From UHGV virus genome UHGV-1369056: a stretch of DNA of 39,253 bases. One strand, given 5' to 3'. Shown here piece by piece: positions 26,892 to 36,595 of the stretch; the stretch's first letter is position 1, and each line of letters starts with the position of its first letter. This DNA comes from a virus. The translations under genes were made by a program, and so were the position numbers. Under the pieces are notes generated by a model. It saw only the letters and a list, made by a program, of their open reading frames with translations. It was not told the DNA's origin and searched no databases.

Positions 26892-29174
26892 ATGGCTAGT
26901 AATATTGAATCAGCTCTGGCTAATCGGACTATGGGTCGTGGCAGAGCGCCGGGTAAAACTATCGCCGTCAACTATCAAGCAGCCAGCGTTCAGGCTCCAA
27001 CTGGTGACTCCGGTCTGGCTCGTGCGTTAACTAACTTCGTTGAGTCTGGGACAGGATTGTACAAGCAGTTCAAGGACGATGAGAAGACCAGAGCTGACGA
27101 GCGGTCTAACGAGATTATCCGTAAGTTGACACCTCAGCAGAGACGTGAGGCTATCCAGAATGGCACATTGCTGTATCAGGATGACCCTTACGCTATGGAA
27201 GCACTTCGAGTCAAGACTGGTCGTAATGCTGCCTTTGCTGTAGACGACGAGATTAACGTTAAGATTCAGAACGGTGAGTTCCGCACACGTCAGGAAATGG
27301 AAGAATATCGCCACCAGCGACTTCAGGATGCCGCTAAGTCCTATGCTGAAGAGGCAGGTATTAACCCTACCGACGAGTTCTTCCAGCGTGGATTCAACGA
27401 TAACATCACGGACCGAAACATCGCTATCTACGGGTCCTTCAATAAGTATTTCAGCAAGCAGTCTGAAGAGACAGCAATGTTGAACACTCGTATTGAGTTG
27501 AACTCGTTCCTTAACGATGGGGACCTGATGCGTTCGCCTGAGTCTGGAAAGACCTTCATGGCCTACCTTCGGGATGGACTGACGACTGCTGCTATACCTT
27601 CGGACCAGAGAGCACGAGAGGTCATCACCCAGACGGTCCGTGACGCAATCCAGAAGTCAGGAGGCTCAAACTTCCTACAGCAAGTACGAGGCGAGCGAAT
27701 AACCCTTAACGGTGTGGACGCTACAGTCGAAGAGATTGTAGGACCTGATGTCTTCAACGCTGCTATTGTTGAGGCACAAGGAACTGAGTACAAGCTGGTG
27801 GCTAAGTATCAGGAAGACTTAGCGTTAGGCGTTCAGTCTGCGATTCTTCAGGATGACCCAACCATTGGTCTTGCCCAGATTCAGAAACTCAAGGAGCAGA
27901 ACAACCTGCTTCAGCCGGGTGAAGAACTCACTCCTCAGCGTCAGATGCTTATTAATGCCGAAGCCAGCTTACTGGAAGCGGTCAAGCGTAAGTCTGCTGA
28001 ACAGGCAAAGGAGAACACTAAGTTAATCCAGACCCAGAACAAGCAACTGGTCATCGACCAAGTTTATCAGCGACGTCTGGCTGGGGACAACGTGTCCACC
28101 AACTATGAGGACCTTCCGGTCTCTGAAGCTACAGGAGAGTTCAAGCGTTCAGACATGAACAACTATGCGTCTGCCAAGCTACAGCAGATTGACCAGATGG
28201 ACATCCCTGAGGCTGCTAAGGACGCTCAGAAGGTGGCATTGTTAAGAGCTGACACTAACAACGGTCCGTTCCGTAATGCCTTCCAGACGCTTACTCAGGA
28301 CGCTGCTGGTGAGTGGCAAGCTGCGGTCATCCGTGGACAGTACGACCCAGACAAGATGAAGCGCTTCGAGTCTCTTCGTCGTGCCTACACTCAGGACCCT
28401 TCAAGTTTCGCTGCTCTGTATCCTGACCAAGCTCAGTTGTTCTCTACGTTCGACCAGATGGACAAGATGGGTCTGGACCCTCAGACGATGATTGAAGCTG
28501 ATAAGCAAGCTGCAAGTCAAAGCCGTGAGATGCGCATGGAGTCAGACAAGGCGTGGCAGGAGTTGAAGAACGACTCTCGGAATAAGGACCTTTCGCGTCT
28601 TCCTACGTCTCTGGACTCAAGTGCTCGTAAGGTCTGGGACTCATGGTACTATCGTACAGGTAACGCTGACGCTGCAACTCAGCAGACTCAACGATGGCTG
28701 AATGAAAATACCGTAACGTTCCAGTCTGAAGGCTCTGACGGTAAGTCCATCGGCATGGTGTCCAAGCACCAGCTTATGGTCGGGGATAACCCTGAGTCGT
28801 GGCAGGTAGGTCGAGACATTATCGACACCGCCCGTAAGCAGCTCATTAAGGCCAACCCTTGGGTAGTGAACTCTCAGTTGTCCGTTGTTGAACAGAACGG
28901 CTCTATCTTCCTCCAAGACGCTACAGGTACTATTCGTATTCGCTACGATAAAGAACTTGTAGGTAAACTCTACCGCGAACAACAGCAGAAGGCACAGGAT
29001 GCCGCATACGCTCAGGCAGAACGTGACGCTAACAAGCGAGCGCGTATCGTCGGGACTAAAGCTGCTGGTGATAAACGTCGAGCTGACCGAGAGGCCGACA
29101 TCGAGAAGCGCGGTGGGATGTACAATGACGTCTCACTGGAGGGTATCGCAAACGTACTAATCGGTAAGGAGTAA
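26892..29174 (+). CDS. 15: Internal virion protein C (gp15 homologue)
   Basis: 760-aa ORF in the gene 15 position (T7 gp15 is 747 aa); SD gaggagga. Confidence 0.85.
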   Translation: MASNIESALANRTMGRGRAPGKTIAVNYQAASVQAPTGDSGLARALTNFVESGTGLYKQFKDDEKTRADERSNEIIRKLTPQQRREAIQNGTLLYQDDPYAMEALRVKTGRNAAFAVDDEINVKIQNGEFRTRQEMEEYRHQRLQDAAKSYAEEAGINPTDEFFQRGFNDNITDRNIAIYGSFNKYFSKQSEETAMLNTRIELNSFLNDGDLMRSPESGKTFMAYLRDGLTTAAIPSDQRAREVITQTVRDAIQKSGGSNFLQQVRGERITLNGVDATVEEIVGPDVFNAAIVEAQGTEYKLVAKYQEDLALGVQSAILQDDPTIGLAQIQKLKEQNNLLQPGEELTPQRQMLINAEASLLEAVKRKSAEQAKENTKLIQTQNKQLVIDQVYQRRLAGDNVSTNYEDLPVSEATGEFKRSDMNNYASAKLQQIDQMDIPEAAKDAQKVALLRADTNNGPFRNAFQTLTQDAAGEWQAAVIRGQYDPDKMKRFESLRRAYTQDPSSFAALYPDQAQLFSTFDQMDKMGLDPQTMIEADKQAASQSREMRMESDKAWQELKNDSRNKDLSRLPTSLDSSARKVWDSWYYRTGNADAATQQTQRWLNENTVTFQSEGSDGKSIGMVSKHQLMVGDNPESWQVGRDIIDTARKQLIKANPWVVNSQLSVVEQNGSIFLQDATGTIRIRYDKELVGKLYREQQQKAQDAAYAQAERDANKRARIVGTKAAGDKRRADREADIEKRGGMYNDVSLEGIANVLIGKE

Positions 29175-29179
29175 ACATA

Positions 29180-32100
29180 ATGGCGACTCGTGGTATTCGC
29201 AATAACAATCCGGGTAACATCCGGGTAAGTAAGGACCAATGGGAAGGAATGACTGGAGATGATGGCGCATTCGTCACCTTCGATAGTCCAGAGTCTGGCG
29301 TCCGAGCTTTAGGTAAAAACCTGCTGTCCTACGGTCGCCGAGGTTATGACTCCATCGAGAAGATTATCAACCGATGGGCACCTCCTAACGAGAACGACAC
29401 TAAGGCTTATATTGACTCAGTGGTGGCTGCAACTGGTATTCCAGCTACCCAGAGTCTCGACCTATCGGACCCTGACACCCTGTCTTCTCTGGCTCAAGCT
29501 ATCAGCTTCCATGAGACAGGCTCCCGGTACGACCCTGAAGTCTATCAGAAGGGAGTCGCACGAGCACTCAATGGCATTAGCCCAAAGACTCCACCAGTAA
29601 GCGCTAACGTATTTGACGCACTCACGGAAGGACTCAAGGCTAAACCTAAAGCAGCTCTGGGTGAGAACCTTCCGACCGCTGCTGGTCTGAATATTGAGGG
29701 TCAAGCACCTGAAGCTCCAAACGAATCGTTCGGTGAGATGTTCTATAAATCTACTGGCAAGACCATGCAGGAGCGAGAAGACCGCTCTACGTGGTTTGGT
29801 TTTGGTGCGGCTACAGAAGCTGAAGTGAAGAACTCTATGGTCGGCGTGGCTATCCGCGCTGGTCAGACTGAGGACTCACTGGATGTCATTGGCGATGTGT
29901 TCAACCCGACGCGATGGAACAACCATAAGTGGTCTCGTGAGGAGCTGGACCAGATTCGTAACGCTGGAGTTCTTCCTCAGTATTACGGGGTCATTACTGG
30001 TGGCTCACCTCAGAACCTGACCGAGCTTATTAACTTGGCGCTTGAGAACCAGAAGTTGGACCAAGAGAAGGCCAAGGCAGGGATTGGTGCTCAGTTAGCT
30101 GCTGGTGTGATTGGTGCTGGTGTAGACCCGCTGACCTACGTTCCTATAGCTGGACAGGTTGGTAAAGGTGGTAAGCTAGTAAACAAGATGTTCACCGTGG
30201 CTGCTCAATCTGGAGCACTGGCTGGTGTGTCCGAGATGGCCCGTACCTCAGTGGCTGGCGGTGATGCTCATGTGGCTGAGGCTATCCTTGGCGGTGCTCT
30301 CTTCGGTGGAGGTATGACTGCTATCGCTGATGGTTTAGGCAGAGCCTTAGGTCGTAACACTAACGAGTTCGCTGGTCCAGCCACACGTCTGGAAGCTCGT
30401 GAGACAGCCCGTAACGTTGATGGTCAGGACCTGTCTCGTCTACCTATTCAAGAAGGTGAGGAGACCTTTAGTCATCAAGGCGTTAAGTTAGCTGACGTTC
30501 CGAATGAGCCGGGTAGTGTACGACTTGAAGATGGTTCAATACTGATTGGTGAGAACCCTCTGAACCCTAAGACACGTAAGGTCTTTGACGAAGTGATTGA
30601 GCCTGAACGTGCAGCTGCTGGTGTGAACCTTGGTGGACTAACTGAGATTGGCCTGAAGCTGCTTCGGTCTGAGAACCCTGAGATTCGTGGAGTCGCTGCC
30701 GACTTAGTGCGTTCACCAACCGGTATGCAGTCAGGGGCCTCAGGTAAAATCGGGACCACTGCGTCAGACGTATTCGAGAGACTTCGTGCTGTGGACCATC
30801 GGTTCTACAACGACATCGACGACGCGGTTACTGAGGCGCTCAAGGACCCATACTTCCAGACAGCATTCTGGAGAGACTCTGGCGCATTCCGTCAGGACAT
30901 CTACCAGCGTGTGTCTATGGCTATTGAAGACGGAAGTGGGAACCTGAAGGCTGAACTGACTCCGGGAGAACTGAAAGTCTATGACCTGCTGAAGAACCAG
31001 TTTGACGCCAAGCGTGAGATGATGGAGAACCCGGCGATGTTTGGTCGTCCAGACGCTCAGTCTATCTTTCCGGGTAGCCGATTCAAGGGAACCTACGTCC
31101 CACATGTATATAGCAACCAGATGAAGGAGCTGTACATCAAGGAACTTGGAAGTCCAGAGGCACTACAGGAGGCCATCAAGAAGTCATGGTTGACCAGCTA
31201 TGCGTCTCGACCTGAGGTCAAGAAACGTGTGGACGAGGCACTCTTAGAGGCTGACCCTACGTTGACTCCAGAAGGACTTGCGGCTGCGGTAGATAAGTAC
31301 GCCAACGATAAGGCTTATGGTATCTCTCACACCGAGCAGTTCGAGCGTTCATCCGTAATGGAAGAGAACATCAATGGTCTGGTGGGTCTGGAGAACAACA
31401 GCTTCCTTGAGGCTCGTAACCTGTTCGACAGCGATATGTCAATAGTTCTTCCTAATGGTCAAACCTTCAGTGTCAACAACCTGCGTGAGTGGGACATGGA
31501 CAAGATTGTCCCGGCATACAACCGTCGAGTTAATGGTGACATTGCTATTATGGCTGGTACAGGCAAGACAACGAAAGAAATGAAGGACTTGGTTGAGACC
31601 ATGATGAACAAGGCTGGTGATGACGGAAAGTTGAAAGGTGAAGTATCTACCTTGCGTGACACACTTAAGATTCTAACTGGTCGTGCTCGACGTGATGGTG
31701 CTGACGATGCAGCCTTCGCTACCGTGATGCGCACAATGACAGACCTATCGTTCTTCGCTAAGAATGCCTATATGGGTGTTCAGAACTTAACGGAGATTGG
31801 TGGTATGCTGGCCCGTGGTAACGTTCGTGCAATGCTGCATGGAGTCCCAATTTTCCGTGACCTAGCCTTCCGTAACAAGAAGGTTGGGGCCTCAGAGATT
31901 AAGGACCTGCACAATGTTATCTTTGGTAAGGAACTTGATGACTCAATACGCCCATCTAAACAGGATGTCATTGACCGTCTGCGGTCTTACAGTGACCTCG
32001 GTCGTGGTACAGCTACAGCTCTGGGGACTGCCAAGTATTACACTGGTGAACTTGCAGTACGCTCTCCGTTCACTAAAGTTCTCAACGGTACGACCAACTA

Positions 32101-33067
32101 CCTGTTAGATGCTGGACGTCAAGGCTTCCTGTCTGACATCGTGGAGCATAGCCTGACTGGTAGTAAGCGTAAGTTCGATGACCGCTGGCTGAAGACCGCT
32201 GGTATATCTGACGAGCAGTGGAAGGGCATTAAGTCATTAATCCGTGAGTCAGTGACTCGTGGTCCAGACGGGAAGTACACCATCAAGGATAAGAGGGCGT
32301 TCAGTCAGGACCCAAGGGCTATGGACCTGTGGCGTATGGGTGACACCATCGCTGACGAAACGTTACTCCGGCCCCACAAGCTGTCAAACATGGATGCCAA
32401 GGCTTATGGTCCTCTCGCTAAGACTGTCCTTCAGTTTAAGAACTTCGTCATCAAGTCCATCAATGGACGTACCATGCGAACCTTCTATAACGCCACGAAG
32501 AACAACCGAGCGATGGATGCTGCTCTATCTACCGTGATGTCTATGGGTCTGGCTGGTATCTACTACATGGCTCAGGCTCACGTCAAGGCTTACGCTATGC
32601 AGGATGGCAGAGACCGTGAATACCTCAAGCAAGCTCTTGACCCGACGATGATTGGTTATGCGGCTCTGTCCCGTAGTTCACATCTGGGTGGTCCACTTGG
32701 GGTAGCTAACATTCTGGGTGGCATCGCTGGGTATGAGGACACTAAGATGCTCCGTTCGTCTATCCTACCTCGTTCGCCTACAGAGAAGCCTGAACGTGCC
32801 ATCGCGTATGGTGCGGCTACAAGTGACCCTGTTATGAATGTTGTTGGTAACTTCTTGGAGCAGGTTCCAGCTTTCGGATATGCTGCTAACGTTGGCGCTT
32901 CGGCTTACAACTTGGCTGGCTACCTCAAGGCTGATACTCGCGTCAACGAGCGTGACTACATGACCGGGATGTATAATACGTTCCGTGAACTGGTTCCGAA
33001 CGACCCAATTACCCAGAAGCTGTTACTTGGAACGTTTGAGGAGCAAGGCATCCACATCAAGGACTAA
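29180..33067 (+). CDS. 16: Internal virion protein D (gp16 homologue) with a divergent N-terminal domain
   Basis: 1295 aa; from ~residue 200 onward long blocks match T7 gp16 (STWFGFGAATEAE, ARETARN, LVRSPTGMQSGASGK, NPAMFG, GTYVPHVY, SRPEVK.RVDE, KAYGISH, NSFLEARNLFDSD, AYNRRVNGDIAIMA, ILTGRARR, GTTNYLLDA, DPRAMDLWR, ALSRSS, FMTGM, VPNDP). The N-terminal ~190 aa (MATRGIRNNNPGNIR...) do not match the T7 transglycosylase domain. Confidence 0.93.
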   Translation: MATRGIRNNNPGNIRVSKDQWEGMTGDDGAFVTFDSPESGVRALGKNLLSYGRRGYDSIEKIINRWAPPNENDTKAYIDSVVAATGIPATQSLDLSDPDTLSSLAQAISFHETGSRYDPEVYQKGVARALNGISPKTPPVSANVFDALTEGLKAKPKAALGENLPTAAGLNIEGQAPEAPNESFGEMFYKSTGKTMQEREDRSTWFGFGAATEAEVKNSMVGVAIRAGQTEDSLDVIGDVFNPTRWNNHKWSREELDQIRNAGVLPQYYGVITGGSPQNLTELINLALENQKLDQEKAKAGIGAQLAAGVIGAGVDPLTYVPIAGQVGKGGKLVNKMFTVAAQSGALAGVSEMARTSVAGGDAHVAEAILGGALFGGGMTAIADGLGRALGRNTNEFAGPATRLEARETARNVDGQDLSRLPIQEGEETFSHQGVKLADVPNEPGSVRLEDGSILIGENPLNPKTRKVFDEVIEPERAAAGVNLGGLTEIGLKLLRSENPEIRGVAADLVRSPTGMQSGASGKIGTTASDVFERLRAVDHRFYNDIDDAVTEALKDPYFQTAFWRDSGAFRQDIYQRVSMAIEDGSGNLKAELTPGELKVYDLLKNQFDAKREMMENPAMFGRPDAQSIFPGSRFKGTYVPHVYSNQMKELYIKELGSPEALQEAIKKSWLTSYASRPEVKKRVDEALLEADPTLTPEGLAAAVDKYANDKAYGISHTEQFERSSVMEENINGLVGLENNSFLEARNLFDSDMSIVLPNGQTFSVNNLREWDMDKIVPAYNRRVNGDIAIMAGTGKTTKEMKDLVETMMNKAGDDGKLKGEVSTLRDTLKILTGRARRDGADDAAFATVMRTMTDLSFFAKNAYMGVQNLTEIGGMLARGNVRAMLHGVPIFRDLAFRNKKVGASEIKDLHNVIFGKELDDSIRPSKQDVIDRLRSYSDLGRGTATALGTAKYYTGELAVRSPFTKVLNGTTNYLLDAGRQGFLSDIVEHSLTGSKRKFDDRWLKTAGISDEQWKGIKSLIRESVTRGPDGKYTIKDKRAFSQDPRAMDLWRMGDTIADETLLRPHKLSNMDAKAYGPLAKTVLQFKNFVIKSINGRTMRTFYNATKNNRAMDAALSTVMSMGLAGIYYMAQAHVKAYAMQDGRDREYLKQALDPTMIGYAALSRSSHLGGPLGVANILGGIAGYEDTKMLRSSILPRSPTEKPERAIAYGAATSDPVMNVVGNFLEQVPAFGYAANVGASAYNLAGYLKADTRVNERDYMTGMYNTFRELVPNDPITQKLLLGTFEEQGIHIKD

Positions 33068-33085
33068 ACTATCACTATAGGAAAC
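33063..33085 (+). promoter_or_regulatory. Phage RNAP promoter, ACTAAACTATCACTATAGGAAAC
   Basis: Consensus match; overlaps the gp16 stop; upstream of the tail fibre gene (as T7 phi17). Confidence 0.8.
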
Positions 33086-33131
33086 TGGAGGCGCTACCAT
33101 AGGTCTCCATTTAAATCACAAAGGAGGCATA

Positions 33132-35132
33132 ATGTCCACGATTACACAATTCCCTTCAGGAAACACTCGGTACAGGATTGAGTTCGACTACCTAGCCAGA
33201 ACGTTTGTTGTTGTTACGCTGGTGAATAGCTCTAACCCTGCCCTGAACCGTGTACTAGAAGTTGGTCGAGATTACCGATTCCTTAATCCAACGATGATTG
33301 AGATGTTGGCTGACCAATCAGGTTTCGACGTCGTTCGTATTCACCGTCAGACTGGAACTGACTTAGTGGTAGACTTCAGGAATGGCTCAGTGTTGACAGC
33401 TAGTGACCTGACCAATTCGGAGCTTCAGGCTATCCATATTGCAGAAGAAGGGCGAGACCAAACTGTTGACTTAGCGAAGGAATATGCCGATGCTGCTGGT
33501 AACTCTGCTGGCAGCGCTAAGGATAGCGAGGACGAAGCACGACGAATAGTTTCGAGTATCAGGGAGGCTGGTCTAATTGGCTATATTACCCGTAGCTCCT
33601 TCGAGAAAGGCTTCACCGTTACACTATGGAACGAGGTCCTGCTAAGGGAAGAGGATGGTTATTATTACCGCTGGGATGGTGCTCTCCCAAAAACAGTGCC
33701 TGCAGGTTCAACCCCTGATTCCAATTGGACTAACGTAGGTAAGCTGAATGGGCTTGATGAGCACTCACCTGAGAACTTTGGGGCAATCCCGAACGACCCC
33801 AGCTTTGACTGTCTACCTGCTATAAAATTGGCCATAGCTACAGGCACATTAAACCTTGATGGCAAGGCTACCTACCACGTAACAGATGAGGTTGTTATCC
33901 CCTCTTACCTACGTGGGAATCTAAATGGGGCAACAATTAAAGCAATTGGTCCAACATGGCCTGCATTAAAATCTGTTGTTCGTGTTAGTAAATTTCCTAT
34001 TGGAACCAAAACCGTTGATGTAGCTAATACTGAGAACCAAGTACGAGGGCTACGTTTGATTGGCAGTCTTAACATAGACTGTGCAGACATTGCATCGTAT
34101 GGTTTTTACGCACGACTAATGTGTGCAGAATCCGAGATGGGTAGTATCTATGCATATAATGCTAATAGATATGGCATTGTAATGTTTGCTTGCTGGTATT
34201 TTCAAATGGGTACTCTCCATGCAAACAACTGTGCAAGGGGCGTGGCATTAGGTTATTCAACGGAAGGTGAGCAAGGGGATACCTATGTAAATGCTACACA
34301 CTTCCCTCACATTAGTGCATGGGGTACAGATAAGTCTACTGGACTAGGTTATGACCCAATCACAGATGATGCGAGTAAATATACGATAGGTGCTGGTATT
34401 ATCTTAGGTCGTGGTTTATCTACTAGTGTTGGTGTGATTTGCTCTGAGAATACATCTGGTGCTGGTGTGGTAACAATGGACCCTGCTGCGTGGGACATTG
34501 GGGTTATGTACTGCGAGGGCAACAGTAAAGACTTCACTCAGGTGGGTGAGCCGAAGGTATCATTATTGTCGTCTAAGGCTAACAGCGAGAGTCATACACT
34601 TACCATCTCTACACTTCACCTATCTGCTGGTTGTGGTATCTTAACCAGAAGTAATCAAGAGCGTGTGCTAATCAGAAGTCTTTATCGTTTTGATAATTCA
34701 AGAACCTTCCACTCCTATTGCACAGCAGACACAGTAGAGGTTGGTAGCAGCAACTACTATGTACTTAACGGGCATAATTACAACGCACCTGCTGCACTTA
34801 TTAAGGAACCCCTTAATGTAGATTTTGTGCGCTCAGGGCTGACTTTGAGTGAGTGGACAACTACCGTTATCGGTCATTTCGCCGGTAGTACAGCAGAACA
34901 GCAGCTTTATGTTAAGTTGCCAGCAAGTCCCAGTGGTCTGGACCTACAGATAGCTAGTGAGGAGGGGACAGAATATATCACTGTAACCGGTACAGATTTT
35001 AAAGCATCTCTAACTAAGAAAAGACTACCCAGTAAATTATATGAGATAAGGATTGGTGGGGTATCTACAGTACCCGTTGCCGATTGCTCTGTTCTAATTA
35101 GAAGTAGGAAAGGTGATTGGTACTACTGGTAA
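33132..35132 (+). CDS. 17: Tail fibre / tailspike protein (gp17 homologue): conserved N-terminal adaptor domain plus divergent C-terminal domain
   Basis: The N-terminal ~150 aa (FDYLAR.FVVVTL...DYRF...DF.NGSVL.A.DL...[12 protein letters not shown]) match the T7 gp17 N-terminus. The remainder is unrelated to T7, AT-richer, with Gly/Asn-rich repetitive segments that suggest a beta-helix. Confidence 0.9.
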   Translation: MSTITQFPSGNTRYRIEFDYLARTFVVVTLVNSSNPALNRVLEVGRDYRFLNPTMIEMLADQSGFDVVRIHRQTGTDLVVDFRNGSVLTASDLTNSELQAIHIAEEGRDQTVDLAKEYADAAGNSAGSAKDSEDEARRIVSSIREAGLIGYITRSSFEKGFTVTLWNEVLLREEDGYYYRWDGALPKTVPAGSTPDSNWTNVGKLNGLDEHSPENFGAIPNDPSFDCLPAIKLAIATGTLNLDGKATYHVTDEVVIPSYLRGNLNGATIKAIGPTWPALKSVVRVSKFPIGTKTVDVANTENQVRGLRLIGSLNIDCADIASYGFYARLMCAESEMGSIYAYNANRYGIVMFACWYFQMGTLHANNCARGVALGYSTEGEQGDTYVNATHFPHISAWGTDKSTGLGYDPITDDASKYTIGAGIILGRGLSTSVGVICSENTSGAGVVTMDPAAWDIGVMYCEGNSKDFTQVGEPKVSLLSSKANSESHTLTISTLHLSAGCGILTRSNQERVLIRSLYRFDNSRTFHSYCTADTVEVGSSNYYVLNGHNYNAPAALIKEPLNVDFVRSGLTLSEWTTTVIGHFAGSTAEQQLYVKLPASPSGLDLQIASEEGTEYITVTGTDFKASLTKKRLPSKLYEIRIGGVSTVPVADCSVLIRSRKGDWYYW

Positions 35133-35174
35133 CAACTTTGGGTCAAGGACGACCCGCTTTAAACTGGAGGTTTT

Positions 35175-35369
35175 ATGATTGAGTTAGACTTCAAGAATGA
35201 GGTCCTTAAAGCCTCTCCTATCGTTGGGACCGCTGCGGCTGATGGTGCCAGTCGGTTCTTCTTCGGACTTACACTGAACGAATGGTTCTACGTTGCAGCT
35301 ATCGCGTACACCGTTGTCCAGATTGGTGTGCTAGTCTACAAAACGATTAAAGGAGGTGGTAAAACATGA
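35175..35369 (+). CDS. 17.5: Holin (gp17.5 homologue)
   Basis: 64 aa; KASPIVGTAAADGASRFFFGLTLNEWFYVAAIAYTVVQIG is near-identical to T7 gp17.5. Confidence 0.88.
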   Translation: MIELDFKNEVLKASPIVGTAAADGASRFFFGLTLNEWFYVAAIAYTVVQIGVLVYKTIKGGGKT

Positions 35370-35629
35370 CGCAGATGGACTTAGAGAAGTTCCTCTTAAT
35401 GCTAGATACTGAACGTGCTCGACTCATGCTGCAAGACTTGCGGGATGACACTAAGCGTTCACCTCAGCTCTACAACGCCATTGAGAAGCTGCTTGCTCGT
35501 CACAACTTTGTGTTAAGCAAGGTGTCTGTTGACGAGAAGACGCTGGCTGATATGGAGGCCCTGAACGCAGAGTACGATAAGGTGCTTTCAGCGACTGAGG
35601 ATAATGACACAGGGTATGGTGTTCAATAA
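35366..35629 (+). CDS. 18: Terminase small subunit (gp18 homologue)
   Basis: 87 aa; FLLMLDTERARLMLQDL.D..KRSPQLYNAIEKLLARHNF matches T7 gp18 (FLEMLDTAMAQRMLADL.D.ERRSPQLYNAINKLLDRHKF). Confidence 0.88.
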   Translation: MTQMDLEKFLLMLDTERARLMLQDLRDDTKRSPQLYNAIEKLLARHNFVLSKVSVDEKTLADMEALNAEYDKVLSATEDNDTGYGVQ

Positions 35630-35679
35630 GTGTTAGACTCAAGGTCATTACTATATGTAGTGGCCTTTATGGTTAACAC
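35630..35679 (+). promoter_or_regulatory. RNase III-like processing stem-loop (copy C of 3)
   Basis: Lower stem gtgtta/taacac, upper stem aaggtcattac/gtagtggcctt, loop tatat; between genes 18 and 18.5, as T7 R18.5. Confidence 0.55.
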
Positions 35680-35730
35680 TAACTAGTGGAGGCGACTCTA
35701 CGTGAAATCTGATAAACCGGGAGGGCAACT

Positions 35731-36168
35731 ATGCTCGAATTTTTAAAGAGAGCGGCTCCGTGGTTACTTGCAGCAGTGATGTTTGCTGGTGGCTACCACA
35801 CCGCTAACAATAAGTGGGAGGCTAAGGTCAATGCAGAATACACCTCGAATCTTAAGGCATCGGAAGATACAAGGCTTGCTGTCCAAGCTGAAGTCAACAA
35901 AGTGTCCAAACGGTTTCAGGACGAAATGTCCTCGTTGGAAGGCAGCACTGATAGGATTATTGCTGACCTTAAGTCTGACAATAAGCGGCTGCGCGTCAAG
36001 GTCAACACCTCAGGTCTCACCGAGTCAGATGTCAGTCGATGCTTCCCTAATGGTAGAGTCGAACTACACCCAGAAACTTCTAAAAGTCTTATCCGAATAA
36101 CTCAGGAGGCAGACCTTAAGGAGAAGGCGCTTCAGGACACAATAAGGAGGCTCCAAGGTGTTAAGTGA
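35731..36168 (+). CDS. 18.5: i-spanin (Rz-like, gp18.5 homologue)
   Basis: 145 aa, N-terminal transmembrane segment (WLLAAVMFAGGY), coiled-coil-like remainder; position after gene 18. Confidence 0.8.
   Translation: MLEFLKRAAPWLLAAVMFAGGYHTANNKWEAKVNAEYTSNLKASEDTRLAVQAEVNKVSKRFQDEMSSLEGSTDRIIADLKSDNKRLRVKVNTSGLTESDVSRCFPNGRVELHPETSKSLIRITQEADLKEKALQDTIRRLQGVK
35831..36100 (+). CDS. 18.7: o-spanin (Rz1-like lipoprotein, gp18.7 analogue) embedded in the +1 frame of gene 18.5
   Basis: Embedded ORF contains a signal-like KAALIGLLLTLSLTISG followed by Cys (lipobox-like ISGC; Cys codon at 35990-35992) and a Pro/Ser-rich mature part. Start uncertain (ATG 35831 or 35783). Confidence 0.5.
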   Translation: MQNTPRILRHRKIQGLLSKLKSTKCPNGFRTKCPRWKAALIGLLLTLSLTISGCASRSTPQVSPSQMSVDASLMVESNYTQKLLKVLSE

Positions 36169-36595
36169 TTACTACAAAGTGGACCAGGCGAGTCCATCCG
36201 GTCTGGTCTCCGTTAGGACTGGAAAGCCTGTGGGGACATTAAGTCGGATGGGATATTGGATAGTACAGACACGAAGTCTAGGCAGTAAGCGGGCACATCG
36301 CGTGATATGGGAACTAACCAATGGTCCTATACCACATGGTATGCAAATAGATCACATCGACAGGAACCCCAGCAATAATACCTTAAGTAACTTACGGCTC
36401 GTTACTGCCGCTGAGAACACTTGGAATACGGGTAGCCATTATGACTCTAAGACGGGAGTGAAGTGCGTTACCCGTCACCAGAATGGTTATAGGATTCAGG
36501 TTAAACGCGGGAATGTCTATATGCGAACAACACGTCCTACTTTAGAGGAGGCTATCTCTGTCCGGGACCTAATGCTGGAGGGACTCTATGTCTAA
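36158..36595 (+). CDS. HNH homing endonuclease
   Basis: HNH motif [26 protein letters not shown]; GTG start at 36158 with strong SD aaggagg 7 nt upstream, overlapping the 18.5 stop; codon usage atypical (ata, agg, aga); inserted between 18.5 and 19. Confidence 0.8.
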   Translation: MLSDYYKVDQASPSGLVSVRTGKPVGTLSRMGYWIVQTRSLGSKRAHRVIWELTNGPIPHGMQIDHIDRNPSNNTLSNLRLVTAAENTWNTGSHYDSKTGVKCVTRHQNGYRIQVKRGNVYMRTTRPTLEEAISVRDLMLEGLYV

